A stretch of DNA of 64,000 bases from Myxococcota bacterium (GTDB lineage Bacteria; Myxococcota_A; UBA9160; JAFDDA01): positions 800,001 to 864,000 of the forward strand of contig OZ245817.1 in the NCBI GenBank assembly GCA_965228475.1. Direction: 5' to 3'. Below the pieces are notes generated by a model. That model saw only the letters and a program-made list of their open reading frames with translations, had not been told where the DNA came from and searched no databases. This document shows, piece by piece, positions 55,433 to 64,000 of this stretch (position 1 is its first letter; each line of letters opens with the position of its first letter). The translations under genes were made by a program, and so were the position numbers.

Positions 55433-56905
55433 GTGCGGCCCCGCGTTCTCGAAACCTGGCTCTTCCTCGCCGTCATGGTGCTCTACCTGCCCTCGGCCGG
55501 GTTCGGCTGGGTCTACGACGACACCGAGGTCGTGCGCATGCAGGAGCCCGCGGACTCGCTCTCGGACGTCGTGCAGATCTTCTCCGAGCCCCACGGCCTG
55601 CCGCTCTCGCAGCTGCCCTACTACCGCGCGACGACCCGGGCGAGCCTGCTCGTCCAGAAGGCCGTCCACGGCGACCGCCCCGGGCCCTTCCACGTCGCGA
55701 ACGCGGTGCTCGCGGGCCTCGCCGCGCTGGGTGTCTTCTGGCTGCTGCGCGCGCCGCGGGTCGGGCTCGCTCCCGGCTACGCGGCCCTAGGCGCCGCGGC
55801 CTTCGCCGTCCACCCCGTCGTCTCCTCGTGCGTGTACCCGATCGCCTCGGGCCGCGAGACGCTCCTTCCGATGACCTGCGCGCTGTTCGCCATCGCGGCC
55901 TGGCTGCGGGGCGGCGTGCGGGGGCGCGCGCTCGGGACGGCGCTCGTCGGCCTGGCCCTGCTCGGCAAGGAGCAGGCGCTCGTTCTCCCGCTCGTCCTGC
56001 TCTCGGCCGAGGCCTTCGCGATGACGCCGGACCCGCCCGGCCGTTCGCCGCGCGCCTGGCTGCTGCGCGCCCTGCCGCTCGCGGGCGTCACGGTGGCCTA
56101 CCTCGTGCTGCGGGGGCAGGTCCTGCCGCCCTCGGACGTCGACGCGAACCCGCTCGTCTTCATCGCCCAGCACCTCCTCGCGAACCCGCTCGGCCCGCTG
56201 CAGTCGCTGCTCTTCGCGGCCCAGTCCTGGTTCCTGCCCGCCGGCCAGCTCGCCTACGAGCCGGAGTTCGCCATCTGGTTCTCGCCGCTCCGCTCGCTCG
56301 CGGCGCTGGCGCTCCTGGCGGTGGTCTTCGTCGGCGCGCGTCGAGGGGCCGGCCTCCGGCAAGCCCTCCACTGGCTGGCCTTCGTCCCGCTGGCCCTCGC
56401 GCTGACGCTGAACCTCTTCCCGCAGGAAGCGCGCTTCGCGGAGCGCTTCCTGCTGCTCTCCTCCCTCGGGTTCGCCGCACTCCTCGCCCACGCCGTGCAG
56501 GCGGCGCCGGCGGGCCGGCCGGCGTGGGCCGCGCGCGGGGCCGCGGCGGTCTTCGTCCTGCTGCTCGCGGGCACGAGCATGGTCCGCGGGCAGGCCTTCC
56601 TCGACGAGCTGGCCTTCGCCGAGCGCTGGGTCGAGAGCGACCCCGAGCGGGCGACGGCGCGCTTCATCCTCGGCACCGCCCTGGCGCGTCGGGGGGAGAC
56701 CCCCGATGCCCTCGAGCAGCTCCGTACCGCGGTCCGCCTGGCGCCGGAGCTCACGGAGGCGCAGTACAACCTCGGCGTGCTGCTGGCGAACCAGGGGCGG
56801 GACCGAGAGGCCGAGGCCGCATTCCGGCAGGTGCTGCGCCTGAACCCCGCCGACGCCGAGGCCCGCGCCGCGCTCGACGCCCTCACGGGGGCCCGGACCC
56901 GCTGA
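55433..56905 (+). CDS. TMTC-like membrane protein with C-terminal TPRs (candidate protein O-glycosyltransferase)
   Basis: WVYDD, YYR, FHVAN, FAVHPV, SGRE, GKEQ and AERFL follow the TMTC motif order; TPRs such as AQYNLGVLLANQG. Confidence 0.78.
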   Translation: MRPRVLETWLFLAVMVLYLPSAGFGWVYDDTEVVRMQEPADSLSDVVQIFSEPHGLPLSQLPYYRATTRASLLVQKAVHGDRPGPFHVANAVLAGLAALGVFWLLRAPRVGLAPGYAALGAAAFAVHPVVSSCVYPIASGRETLLPMTCALFAIAAWLRGGVRGRALGTALVGLALLGKEQALVLPLVLLSAEAFAMTPDPPGRSPRAWLLRALPLAGVTVAYLVLRGQVLPPSDVDANPLVFIAQHLLANPLGPLQSLLFAAQSWFLPAGQLAYEPEFAIWFSPLRSLAALALLAVVFVGARRGAGLRQALHWLAFVPLALALTLNLFPQEARFAERFLLLSSLGFAALLAHAVQAAPAGRPAWAARGAAAVFVLLLAGTSMVRGQAFLDELAFAERWVESDPERATARFILGTALARRGETPDALEQLRTAVRLAPELTEAQYNLGVLLANQGRDREAEAAFRQVLRLNPADAEARAALDALTGARTR

Positions 56906-57039
56906 TTTTCCGCTCCGAGTACCCCCGGCGCTGGGTCGGGAATTAGACCGGATGGGAAGCCGGGTTCCCTCCCCACGGAACGGTTTTTCCCTCCAAGCCG
57001 GGGACCCGAAGTCCCGCGGGGACGCCGTCGCATGCGAAG

Positions 57040-57113
57040 CGTAATGATTTCAAACACTTGCAGGGTTCTTGCGCCCTCGGAATCGGGGTCCGAAAGATGG
57101 CCCCGTGTTTGCA
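57040..57113 (+). promoter_or_regulatory. IHF-like site plus sigma54 (-24/-12) promoter of PEP-CTERM gene 2
   Basis: TTTCAAACACTTG 57048-57060 (one mismatch to IHF consensus); TGGCCCCGTGTTTGCA 57098-57113 = TGGC-N7-TTGCA with exact GG-N10-GC. Confidence 0.72.
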
Positions 57114-57174
57114 CTACTGCCGGGCACTGGGAAAGGACTGTCTGGAAATCACTCCAGGCAGGGAAGGGGATGAA

Positions 57175-58161
57175 ATGCGACTGTTGTTTTCTCTGACTGC
57201 CGCTGCGGCCTTGCTTCTGGGTTCGGCCCCCGCGCACGCTTTCAACATTCAGTTCGGTGCCGCCACGAACAACACCTCGTGCTCGACGGGTGGGAACAGC
57301 GGCGACCGCAGCTGCACGAGTTCGGCGTCCATCAACAATGGCGCCCTCGACGCCTCCGCGAGCCTGAACATCCGCGGCCAGGCCTCGGCCGACCACGGCA
57401 TCACGACGAACCCCGACGCGTTCGCCGACATCACCGTGAGCTACGACATTCCGTACACGATCACGCGCACCGTCGAGGTGAGCGCGCCGTTCACGATGTC
57501 GATTCCGGTGCTCCAGCTGACCTTCAACGCCAACTACAGCGGCACCGCGGCCTATGACAGCACGCAGGTGGGCGGTGGCTGGGCCAACGCCGAAGCCGGC
57601 TTCGGGGCGGCCCTGGCCGACGTGGGTGGTGGCAACCTCGTGTTCAGCACGGTGGGCTACAGCGGCAGCTCGGCCAGCGGTGCCAGCGGCAGCGCGAACA
57701 ACCCGTTCAACGACGGCAGCCCGGACCCGAGCGCCACGCTGACGGGCGACTACCAGGGCAACGTCGGCGAGATCAACCTGTTCTCGGAGGTCCCGACGGA
57801 CTTCCAGGCCTGGTCGGACTCGGTCGCCAGCTACGCCAACGGCGGGAACTTCCCGGCGGGCAACTACATCACCCAGACCTACAGCGACGTGATCCGGGTG
57901 AGCTTCCGCCTCCGCGCCGAATCGCGCCCCCAGGGCTCGGTCTCGACGACGGGTGGCGAGGCCATCGCCTGCGCCGGCCTGAGCACGACCCTCGGCGGCT
58001 TCTCGCTGAACCCGAACTGTGGCAGCGGCTTCAACCTGACGGCCTCGCTCGCGCAGACCGGCACCTTCGACTTCACGGTGCCGGAGCCGAGCACGATGGC
58101 GCTCCTCGGAGCGAGCATCTTCGGCCTCGTCTGGATGGGCCGCCGCGTCCGCAAGGACTAA
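57175..58161 (+). CDS. PEP-CTERM sorting domain protein (Ser/Thr/Gly/Asn-rich)
   Basis: Signal peptide ending AHA; C-terminal VPEPSTMALLGASIFGLVWMGRRVRKD; ATG 57175. Confidence 0.93.
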   Translation: MRLLFSLTAAAALLLGSAPAHAFNIQFGAATNNTSCSTGGNSGDRSCTSSASINNGALDASASLNIRGQASADHGITTNPDAFADITVSYDIPYTITRTVEVSAPFTMSIPVLQLTFNANYSGTAAYDSTQVGGGWANAEAGFGAALADVGGGNLVFSTVGYSGSSASGASGSANNPFNDGSPDPSATLTGDYQGNVGEINLFSEVPTDFQAWSDSVASYANGGNFPAGNYITQTYSDVIRVSFRLRAESRPQGSVSTTGGEAIACAGLSTTLGGFSLNPNCGSGFNLTASLAQTGTFDFTVPEPSTMALLGASIFGLVWMGRRVRKD

Positions 58162-58200
58162 GACCGGATCGACTTCCACTCTTTCTCGGTATGCAGGAAC

Positions 58201-58231
58201 GCCGGGAGGGCTTTAGCCCTCCCGGCTTCTT
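58201..58231 (+). terminator. rho-independent terminator
   Basis: Perfect 11-bp stem GCCGGGAGGGC-TTTA-GCCCTCCCGGC followed by TTCTT, 40 nt after the stop codon. Confidence 0.85.
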
Positions 58232-58460
58232 GCGTTGAGCCGCTGACTGCGCCTCTGCTCGGCTAGAGCGTCGACGTGTGCTGGGTCGAAGCGTCCCGCC
58301 CTTGGACCCAAGGATGCTCTCGGCGCCTGGCCGTCGGGCCGCCCGGTCGGGAAGCCCGGCCCATGGATCTCGCCCTCCGACACCTGACTCCCCGCCGTCG
58401 CTCCAGCAGGTCCTCGAATTCCAGAAGGCCCGTTGATCCGGGAGCGGTGAGCGTTGCCCG

Positions 58461-60935
58461 CTAGGACGTCTCGCTGGGCTTGGAGAGCGTATCCTGGAGG
58501 ACCCGGAGTTCCCGGGCCGTCTCGCTCTCCGCAAGGGCTTCCGGGGCATTCTCGAGCGCCTCGTCCACGACGCTCCGCGCCTTCTCGACCTCCCCGTTCG
58601 CCTGGAGGGCCAGGGCGAGGTGCAGGCGGACCAGCGTCGCCGCCGGGTGGTCCGGGTGGATCAGCGAGAGCGACTCCTGGAAGTACCCGATCGCCGCGGA
58701 GGGGATGCCCTTCTTGAGGAGCACCCAGCCGAGGGTGTCCGCCGTCTCGGGGAAGTTCGGCAGGCGGGCCTTGGCCTCCTGGGCGAGATCGAGGGCGAAG
58801 TCGAGCTCCTCGCCGCGCTCGGCCAGCAGCCAGGCGAGATTGTTCTGGGCGACGGCCAGCTCGGGATCGAGGCGCAGGGCCTCGCGGTAGCGCTCGATCG
58901 CTTCGTCCTCGCGGCCGGTGGCTTCGTAGAGGCGCGCCAGGGTGACGCGGAGGACGCCGACGTCCGGGTTCGCGGCGGCGGCGCGCTCGTAGTTCCCGAC
59001 GATCTCGTCGGAGCGCCCGCTCTCGAGCATGAACTGGGTGAGCACGCCGTAGCTGCGCAGGTCTTGCGGGTTCAGCTCGATGGCCTTGGCGAGGCGGCGC
59101 TCGGCCTCCTCGTTGCGGCCGAGGACCATGGCGGCCCGCCCGGCCAGCCGGTGGAGCCGGGCGTCGTTCGGCACGGCCTCGAGGGCCGCCTTCACGCGGA
59201 CCATGGAGTCGTTGGCGCGTCCGGTGCGTTGATCGATCTCGAACAGGGCGATCAGGATCTCCGGATCGTTCGGCTTCAGGGCGAGGGATTGGAGCAGGGT
59301 CTTGCGGCCCCCCTCGAGGTCGCCGCCCGCCGCCTGGAGCTGCCCCTGGGCATAGAGGGCCTCGGCGCCGCGGCCCGAGCTCGGGATGCTGCCGATCTCC
59401 CGGGCGGCTTCCTCCCGGCGGCCCGTCGCGAGCAGGGCGTCGGCCACGAGGAGCCGGGCCGCGTGGGCGTCGGGGTTGCCGCGCAGGACGGCGCGCGCGT
59501 GTTCGAGCGCGGCCTCGGCCTGGCCGGTGCGGAGCAGCAGCGTGGCCAGCCAGTGCCGCGTCTCGAGGCTGCTCGGCTCGAGCTGCAGGGCCCGTTCGTA
59601 CTCCGCCTGGGCGGCGGGGATCCGGCCGAGCGCCTCGAGGGAGCGGCCGAGCAGCACGTGGGCGCGTGCCCACTCGGGCTGGCGGTCGAGCACGCGGCGG
59701 GCCGAGGAGGCCGCTTCGTCGGCGCGGCCCTCGGCGAGTTCGAGCCAGCCGCGCACCAGCCGCGCCTCGGGCTGGCCCTCGTCCCGGGCGAGCTCCGCAT
59801 CGATGATCGCGCGGCCCCGGGCGCGCAGGGAGGCGTCCCCGCCCGCGTAGGAAGACTGGATCAGCAGCTCGGCCTTGCGGATCCGGGCTTCGGAGCCGGC
59901 GCCCTTCTCGAGGGCCTCCTCGATCGCTTCGAGGGCGCCGTCGAGGTCGCCTCGCGTTCGCCGGAAGTCCGCGAGCTGGAGGGCCGGGCCCGGGGCGTTC
60001 TCCGGGGCCGCCGCCGCGGCGCGCGCGAGGGTGGCCTCGGCCTTCTCGAGGTCGCCGCTGGCGTGGTGGATGCCGGCCAGGGATCGGATGAGCTGGGGGT
60101 CGTTCTCCCGCTCCTGGAGGCCGGCCTCGAGGACCTCGGCGGCCTCCCGGCCCTGGCCGCGGGCGAAGAGGAAGCCCGCGAGGGCCTGGTAGGCGCGGAC
60201 CTTCTCGCCCGGGGCCGCGCTCTCGACGGCTCCGCGGTGCAGGGCCTCGGCCTCGGCGTCGCCGGCCCGGTCGCGGCTCAGGAAGCGGGCCAGGATCATC
60301 GTCGAGTCGAAGCCGGGCTCGAGCTCGGCGAGCTTTCGGTAGTGGGCCTCCGCGGTGGCCCGTTCGCCCTCGGCCTCGAGCATCTGGGCCAGGACGAACA
60401 GCGGCGCGCCTTCCTCCGGCGCGAGTTCGACCGCCTCGACCAGGGTCGTCTTGGCCTCTCCCGCCCGGCCGAGGGCCTGCAGAGCGCGGCCCTTGGCGAG
60501 GAGCGCCACCCAGCGCTTCGGGTCGTCCTCCGCGAGCGTCTCGGCGTCGAGGACCCGCTGGGCATGCTCGACCGCCGCTTCCTGCGCCTCGATGTCGCCG
60601 AACCGCAGCAGCCGGGCCAGGTGGATGCGGGCCGGGTAGTGGTCCGGGTCGAGCCGGACCGTCTCGTCGAGCTCCCACAGAGCCTGCTGGAGCCGCTGGC
60701 CATCGAGATAGGCCCGCGCGAGCCCGTAGTGGGCGTCGACCGAGTTCGGGTCGATGCGCAGGGCCTCCTTGAAGAGGCGAACCGCCTCTCCCGGGTCCCC
60801 GGCCACCAGCGCCGCCTTGCCGCCGGAGAGGTTCGCTTCCAGCTCGGCGGCCGGGTCACTGCAGCCCGCGGCGGCGAAGGTGCCGAGGCACGCCAGAAGG
60901 GCGAGGAAGGATCGGGTCCGGAACCGCTGCGGCAT
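58461..60935 (-). CDS. TPR-repeat lipoprotein, PrsT-like (PEP-CTERM system)
   Basis: AAGC lipobox; many TPRs; C-terminal NNLAWLLAE...ADTLGWVLLKKG typical of PrsT-type proteins; GGAGAG RBS. Confidence 0.78.
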   Translation of the reverse strand: MPQRFRTRSFLALLACLGTFAAAGCSDPAAELEANLSGGKAALVAGDPGEAVRLFKEALRIDPNSVDAHYGLARAYLDGQRLQQALWELDETVRLDPDHYPARIHLARLLRFGDIEAQEAAVEHAQRVLDAETLAEDDPKRWVALLAKGRALQALGRAGEAKTTLVEAVELAPEEGAPLFVLAQMLEAEGERATAEAHYRKLAELEPGFDSTMILARFLSRDRAGDAEAEALHRGAVESAAPGEKVRAYQALAGFLFARGQGREAAEVLEAGLQERENDPQLIRSLAGIHHASGDLEKAEATLARAAAAAPENAPGPALQLADFRRTRGDLDGALEAIEEALEKGAGSEARIRKAELLIQSSYAGGDASLRARGRAIIDAELARDEGQPEARLVRGWLELAEGRADEAASSARRVLDRQPEWARAHVLLGRSLEALGRIPAAQAEYERALQLEPSSLETRHWLATLLLRTGQAEAALEHARAVLRGNPDAHAARLLVADALLATGRREEAAREIGSIPSSGRGAEALYAQGQLQAAGGDLEGGRKTLLQSLALKPNDPEILIALFEIDQRTGRANDSMVRVKAALEAVPNDARLHRLAGRAAMVLGRNEEAERRLAKAIELNPQDLRSYGVLTQFMLESGRSDEIVGNYERAAAANPDVGVLRVTLARLYEATGREDEAIERYREALRLDPELAVAQNNLAWLLAERGEELDFALDLAQEAKARLPNFPETADTLGWVLLKKGIPSAAIGYFQESLSLIHPDHPAATLVRLHLALALQANGEVEKARSVVDEALENAPEALAESETARELRVLQDTLSKPSETS

Positions 60936-61009
60936 GGCGCTCTCCAAGGAGTGAGGACGCGGCATGGTAGCAACGGGGCAGGGCTCCTCCCCCTGGTGGG
61001 AGGGTCGCG

Positions 61010-62494
61010 CTATCGGCGGGGGAGCTCCGCGAGCACGTCGGCGAGGCGTTCGCCCCAGACGCGGTGGCCCTCGGCGGTCGGGTGGATGCCATCGAGGAAG
61101 GCGCCCTCCCCGAGTGGCGCAAGAGCGTCCGCGACCGGGTGGAGCGGGAGCCCGAATTCGCCGGCGACGGCTTCCGTCACGGCCCGCGCCCGCCCGACGC
61201 CGAGCCAATCGTCGAAGATGCCACCGGGCTCCTTCGGTTCGTCGAGCAGGACGATCTCCCGGCCGAGCGCGAGCTCCCGCTCGAGGATTCTGCGGAGGAG
61301 TTCCCGGTGACGCTCTGCGTTTGCTCGTCTGGGGAGGAGGACTTTCAGGGGGACGTCGAAGAAGGGGCTGCGCCAGCGGTTGCAGGCCGCATGCGTGGCC
61401 AGGCGGGCGCGGCACCCGCCGGGTGCGTCGCCCAGAACGGGCAGCGTGGCGTTGTTGAGGATCGAGACGATCACGATCCCGTCGACGGCGAGCCGATCGC
61501 CCATGTCGCGGAGCCAGGTATCGATGGCGTGCAGGTTCCAGCCCTGCGCGCCGGCGTTGTAGAGGTCGACGGGGCGCCCTTCGCTCCGGAGTCGTGCTTC
61601 GGCCTTCGCGACGAAGGTCTCGTCCGCCTCGATGCCCTCGCCGAAGGTCACCGAGCCGCCGAGCACGAGCCAGGACTCCCGCTCGGGATCGACCGTGTAA
61701 ACCGGCCGGCCGCGGAACTCGAGCGATTGGTGTGCGGCGCGCGGGTGCCAGAACGCGGCATCCCGCAGGAGCGGCGTGGCGACGCCCGGGACGGGATCGT
61801 GCGTCTCGATGGCCGGGGGCACGCTGAAGGCGGCGAGGCCTGCACCGACACACGCCGTGCCGCGGATCACGCGGCCCCTCCGAAAGCGACCGGGCAACAG
61901 GAGAGAGAGGAGGGCGAGCGCCAGGGCGCCGAGCCCCAGCCCGAGGGCGAAGTGGGCCCAGGCGGCTCGCGGCCCTCCGCCGCTTCCCGCGGCGACGACA
62001 CCGCAGCGCACCACGTCGACGTCCCAGCCCTCGCCATGGGCGAGCAGGCGGATGCGGTCGGTGCCGCCGGCGAGCTCGGCGCACATCTTCGGCGCGGCGC
62101 CGGACGCAATGCAGAGTTCGCCTCCCCGGCGGATCCATCGAAGGGGCTCCGGGACCGAGGCAGTCGCCGCATGGGGCCCGCCCTCGTCGAAGACGACCAG
62201 GCTCGGGTGGCCGGTCTGCCCGGGAGGAACGAGAAGGGAGGCCCCGTCGATCTTGAAGTCCGGGCCGGTCGCACCCAGCGCGGCGTCGGCGAGAAAGCGG
62301 ATCTCGAGCGGGCCCGATCCCGTCCGTTCGATGCGCAGCTCCTGGCAGCTCTCGTCCGGGAGTGCGGAGGGCGCCGAGCGCTGCCAGGCGGGAAGCGGCG
62401 CGGCTTCGGCGAGCAGGGGCTGGAGGAGGAGCGCCAGGGCTGCGAAGGCGCGGCGCGCCGGGTGGGCGCTAGGGGTTCGCGGCGAGGTCGGCAC
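61010..62494 (-). CDS. membrane-anchored SGNH/GDSL hydrolase-like protein
   Basis: VLGGSVTFG (block I), NAGAQG (block II), DGIHP (block V); two central TM segments; GTG 62494 start tentative. Confidence 0.72.
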   Translation of the reverse strand: MPTSPRTPSAHPARRAFAALALLLQPLLAEAAPLPAWQRSAPSALPDESCQELRIERTGSGPLEIRFLADAALGATGPDFKIDGASLLVPPGQTGHPSLVVFDEGGPHAATASVPEPLRWIRRGGELCIASGAAPKMCAELAGGTDRIRLLAHGEGWDVDVVRCGVVAAGSGGGPRAAWAHFALGLGLGALALALLSLLLPGRFRRGRVIRGTACVGAGLAAFSVPPAIETHDPVPGVATPLLRDAAFWHPRAAHQSLEFRGRPVYTVDPERESWLVLGGSVTFGEGIEADETFVAKAEARLRSEGRPVDLYNAGAQGWNLHAIDTWLRDMGDRLAVDGIVIVSILNNATLPVLGDAPGGCRARLATHAACNRWRSPFFDVPLKVLLPRRANAERHRELLRRILERELALGREIVLLDEPKEPGGIFDDWLGVGRARAVTEAVAGEFGLPLHPVADALAPLGEGAFLDGIHPTAEGHRVWGERLADVLAELPRR

Positions 62495-63266
62495 TGCCGT
62501 CGAGGGTCCAGCGGATCTGTTCCGAGATGCCCGCCGTCTCGTCCTCCGGGTCGTCGAACCGGAACTCGTAAGTGGTGACGCGGCGCACCGGGCCGACGCC
62601 GCGCGCGAGCCACAGGTCGTCGCTGAACGTGCCCTCGGAGACCGTCGGGCCGCCGGCCAACTGGCCGGAGACGGGGCCGCTGAAACGGATGTGGGCCACG
62701 TCCTCGAAGGTGTGGCCGTCGATCGTGAGGGCTTCGCGGCGGACCACCTTGGCCTTGGCGCGGATGGAGAGCGCGCCGTTGCGCAGGGTGCCGACGTCCC
62801 AGCTTCGCCCCTCCCGCAGCGGAAGCGGCAGGAAGGCCAGGGGCGGGTCGTAGCGTTCGACCGTTCCCGACTCGGGCCGGGACTGCTCGTGAAGAAAGAC
62901 CCCGCCCGCGCTCGACGAGTAGGACGCGATCTCCTCGTTCCGCAGCTCGGCCGTCGCACCCACCATGGCCTCGCGCTGCATGTCGAGATGTTGGACGCGC
63001 CTCAGGCGGCCTTCGGAGGCGATGACCCGCATCTGGGAGCGTCCGTGAAAGAACTGGCGCTCGAGGGACTTCCCGCGGCGCTCGACGACGCGGTCGCGGT
63101 GGATGGCGTACTCGCGATGGGTGCCTTCGTCGAGGGGGAACCAGGAGTCGTTCGCCGTTGCCGTGCCGGTGTCGCCGAGGGCAACCAGGAGTAGGGCCAG
63201 GGCCGCCACGCAGTAGGACGGCAGAACGGGCGGCCGCGGGGACGCAGCGGGCTGGGGCTCGGACAT
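62469..63266 (-). CDS. hypothetical secreted beta-rich protein
   Basis: Signal-like segment; WFPLDEG, LPLREGRSW, WLARGVGPVR. Confidence 0.68.
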   Translation of the reverse strand: MSEPQPAASPRPPVLPSYCVAALALLLVALGDTGTATANDSWFPLDEGTHREYAIHRDRVVERRGKSLERQFFHGRSQMRVIASEGRLRRVQHLDMQREAMVGATAELRNEEIASYSSSAGGVFLHEQSRPESGTVERYDPPLAFLPLPLREGRSWDVGTLRNGALSIRAKAKVVRREALTIDGHTFEDVAHIRFSGPVSGQLAGGPTVSEGTFSDDLWLARGVGPVRRVTTYEFRFDDPEDETAGISEQIRWTLDGSADLAANP

Positions 63267-63344
63267 CGCGGCGAGTCTAGCATGGGGCCTTCGCGCGGAA
63301 TCGGCTGGCACGAGGGCGCGCAGGCTCCGTACTGTTCTCGCGAA

Positions 63345-64000
63345 GTGACCGTTGCATCTTCGGACGAAGGCGGCGTGGCTGCCCAGGGGAGCGAGGCGGG
63401 CCTCGGCCGCATTGCGGGCGCGCTCCTCGCGGGGCTCCTGCTCGCGAAGCTCGGCGTCGTCATGGCCGGCCTCGGCCGCGGCTTCGAACTCGGCGACGAA
63501 GGCTTCTTCCTCCTCAACCTGAACGATCCGGCCGCGTCCCCGCGCTTCTTCGAGTTCTACAAGCTGCTGCTTCACGTCGAACCTCCGCTCCGCTTCGACG
63601 TCCTCGGCGCCCGGATTCTTCGCCTCGGGACGGAGCTCCTGGCGAGCGCCCTGCTCGTCGGGGGCGTCGTGGCCTGGGCGCGGCGGGGCGGGTGGCTCAC
63701 CCGAGCAGGGACGCTGGCCTTCGTCGCCTTCTGCGGGCTCGGCGCGCTCGTCGGCGCCGCGAGCCGCTCCTTCTCCTACAACGACCTCACCAACCTCTGC
63801 CTCTACGGTGCCTTCGGATCGGTGTTCTTCGCGGCCTCGCGGCGGCCTGCGCGCGTGGCCTTGCCGGCCCTCTTCCTGGCCGGCTTCCTCTCGGGCTTCC
63901 AGCTCTTCGTGAAGTTCCCGGCGGCGATCGTGTCGGCCGCGCTCGTGGGCGCAGCCCTCGCAGGGGGGCTCGGGGACTGGACGCGGCCGCTGCGCGCGAA
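63345..64000 (+). CDS. polytopic membrane protein, GT-C/ArnT-like, 5' part (runs off window)
   Basis: Own translation: TM segment then RGFELGDEGFFLL (DE acidic motif), SYNDL, FVKFP; no stop before the window end. Confidence 0.6.
   Translation, partial: MTVASSDEGGVAAQGSEAGLGRIAGALLAGLLLAKLGVVMAGLGRGFELGDEGFFLLNLNDPAASPRFFEFYKLLLHVEPPLRFDVLGARILRLGTELLASALLVGGVVAWARRGGWLTRAGTLAFVAFCGLGALVGAASRSFSYNDLTNLCLYGAFGSVFFAASRRPARVALPALFLAGFLSGFQLFVKFPAAIVSAALVGAALAGGLGDWTRPLRA

Noticed and set aside
58232..58460. Possible ncRNA or small ORF between convergent genes
   Set aside because: Only short GC-rich hairpins, no recognisable RNA family, and the 62-aa ORF lacks an RBS and coding character

Overview
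Very GC-rich bacterial chromosome segment with about 73 tightly packed CDSs. I saw no rRNA, tRNA, CRISPR array, transposase or integrase. Gene content (TSP3/dockerin-like tail protein, PEP-CTERM proteins, many CoA-dependent lipid/steroid-type catabolic enzymes) suggests an environmental Myxococcota/deltaproteobacterium-like organism (inference). Positions 1-50.7 kb are mixed housekeeping and metabolic genes: M48 protease, SCO/PCu(A)C copper chaperones, AAC(6')-like GNAT, trxA, egtB, two divergent pairs of heterotetramer-type acyl-CoA dehydrogenases, ilvD, pabB, a diguanylate cyclase, a UbiB/ABC1 kinase with a phasin-like partner carrying a 33-bp VNTR, and fabG. The most interesting part is 50.7-64 kb, a PEP-CTERM surface-protein locus. 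It holds two PEP-CTERM genes with a matching IHF-like plus sigma54-type promoter layout and a PrsT-like TPR lipoprotein. No exosortase is visible in the window. Instead there are a CPBP intramembrane protease, an Asp/Asn beta-hydroxylase-family dioxygenase, a TMTC-like candidate protein O-glycosyltransferase, two more GT-C-like membrane proteins and an SGNH protein. Together these form a candidate surface-protein sorting and modification system. All calls come from motif reading by eye; no database search was run.
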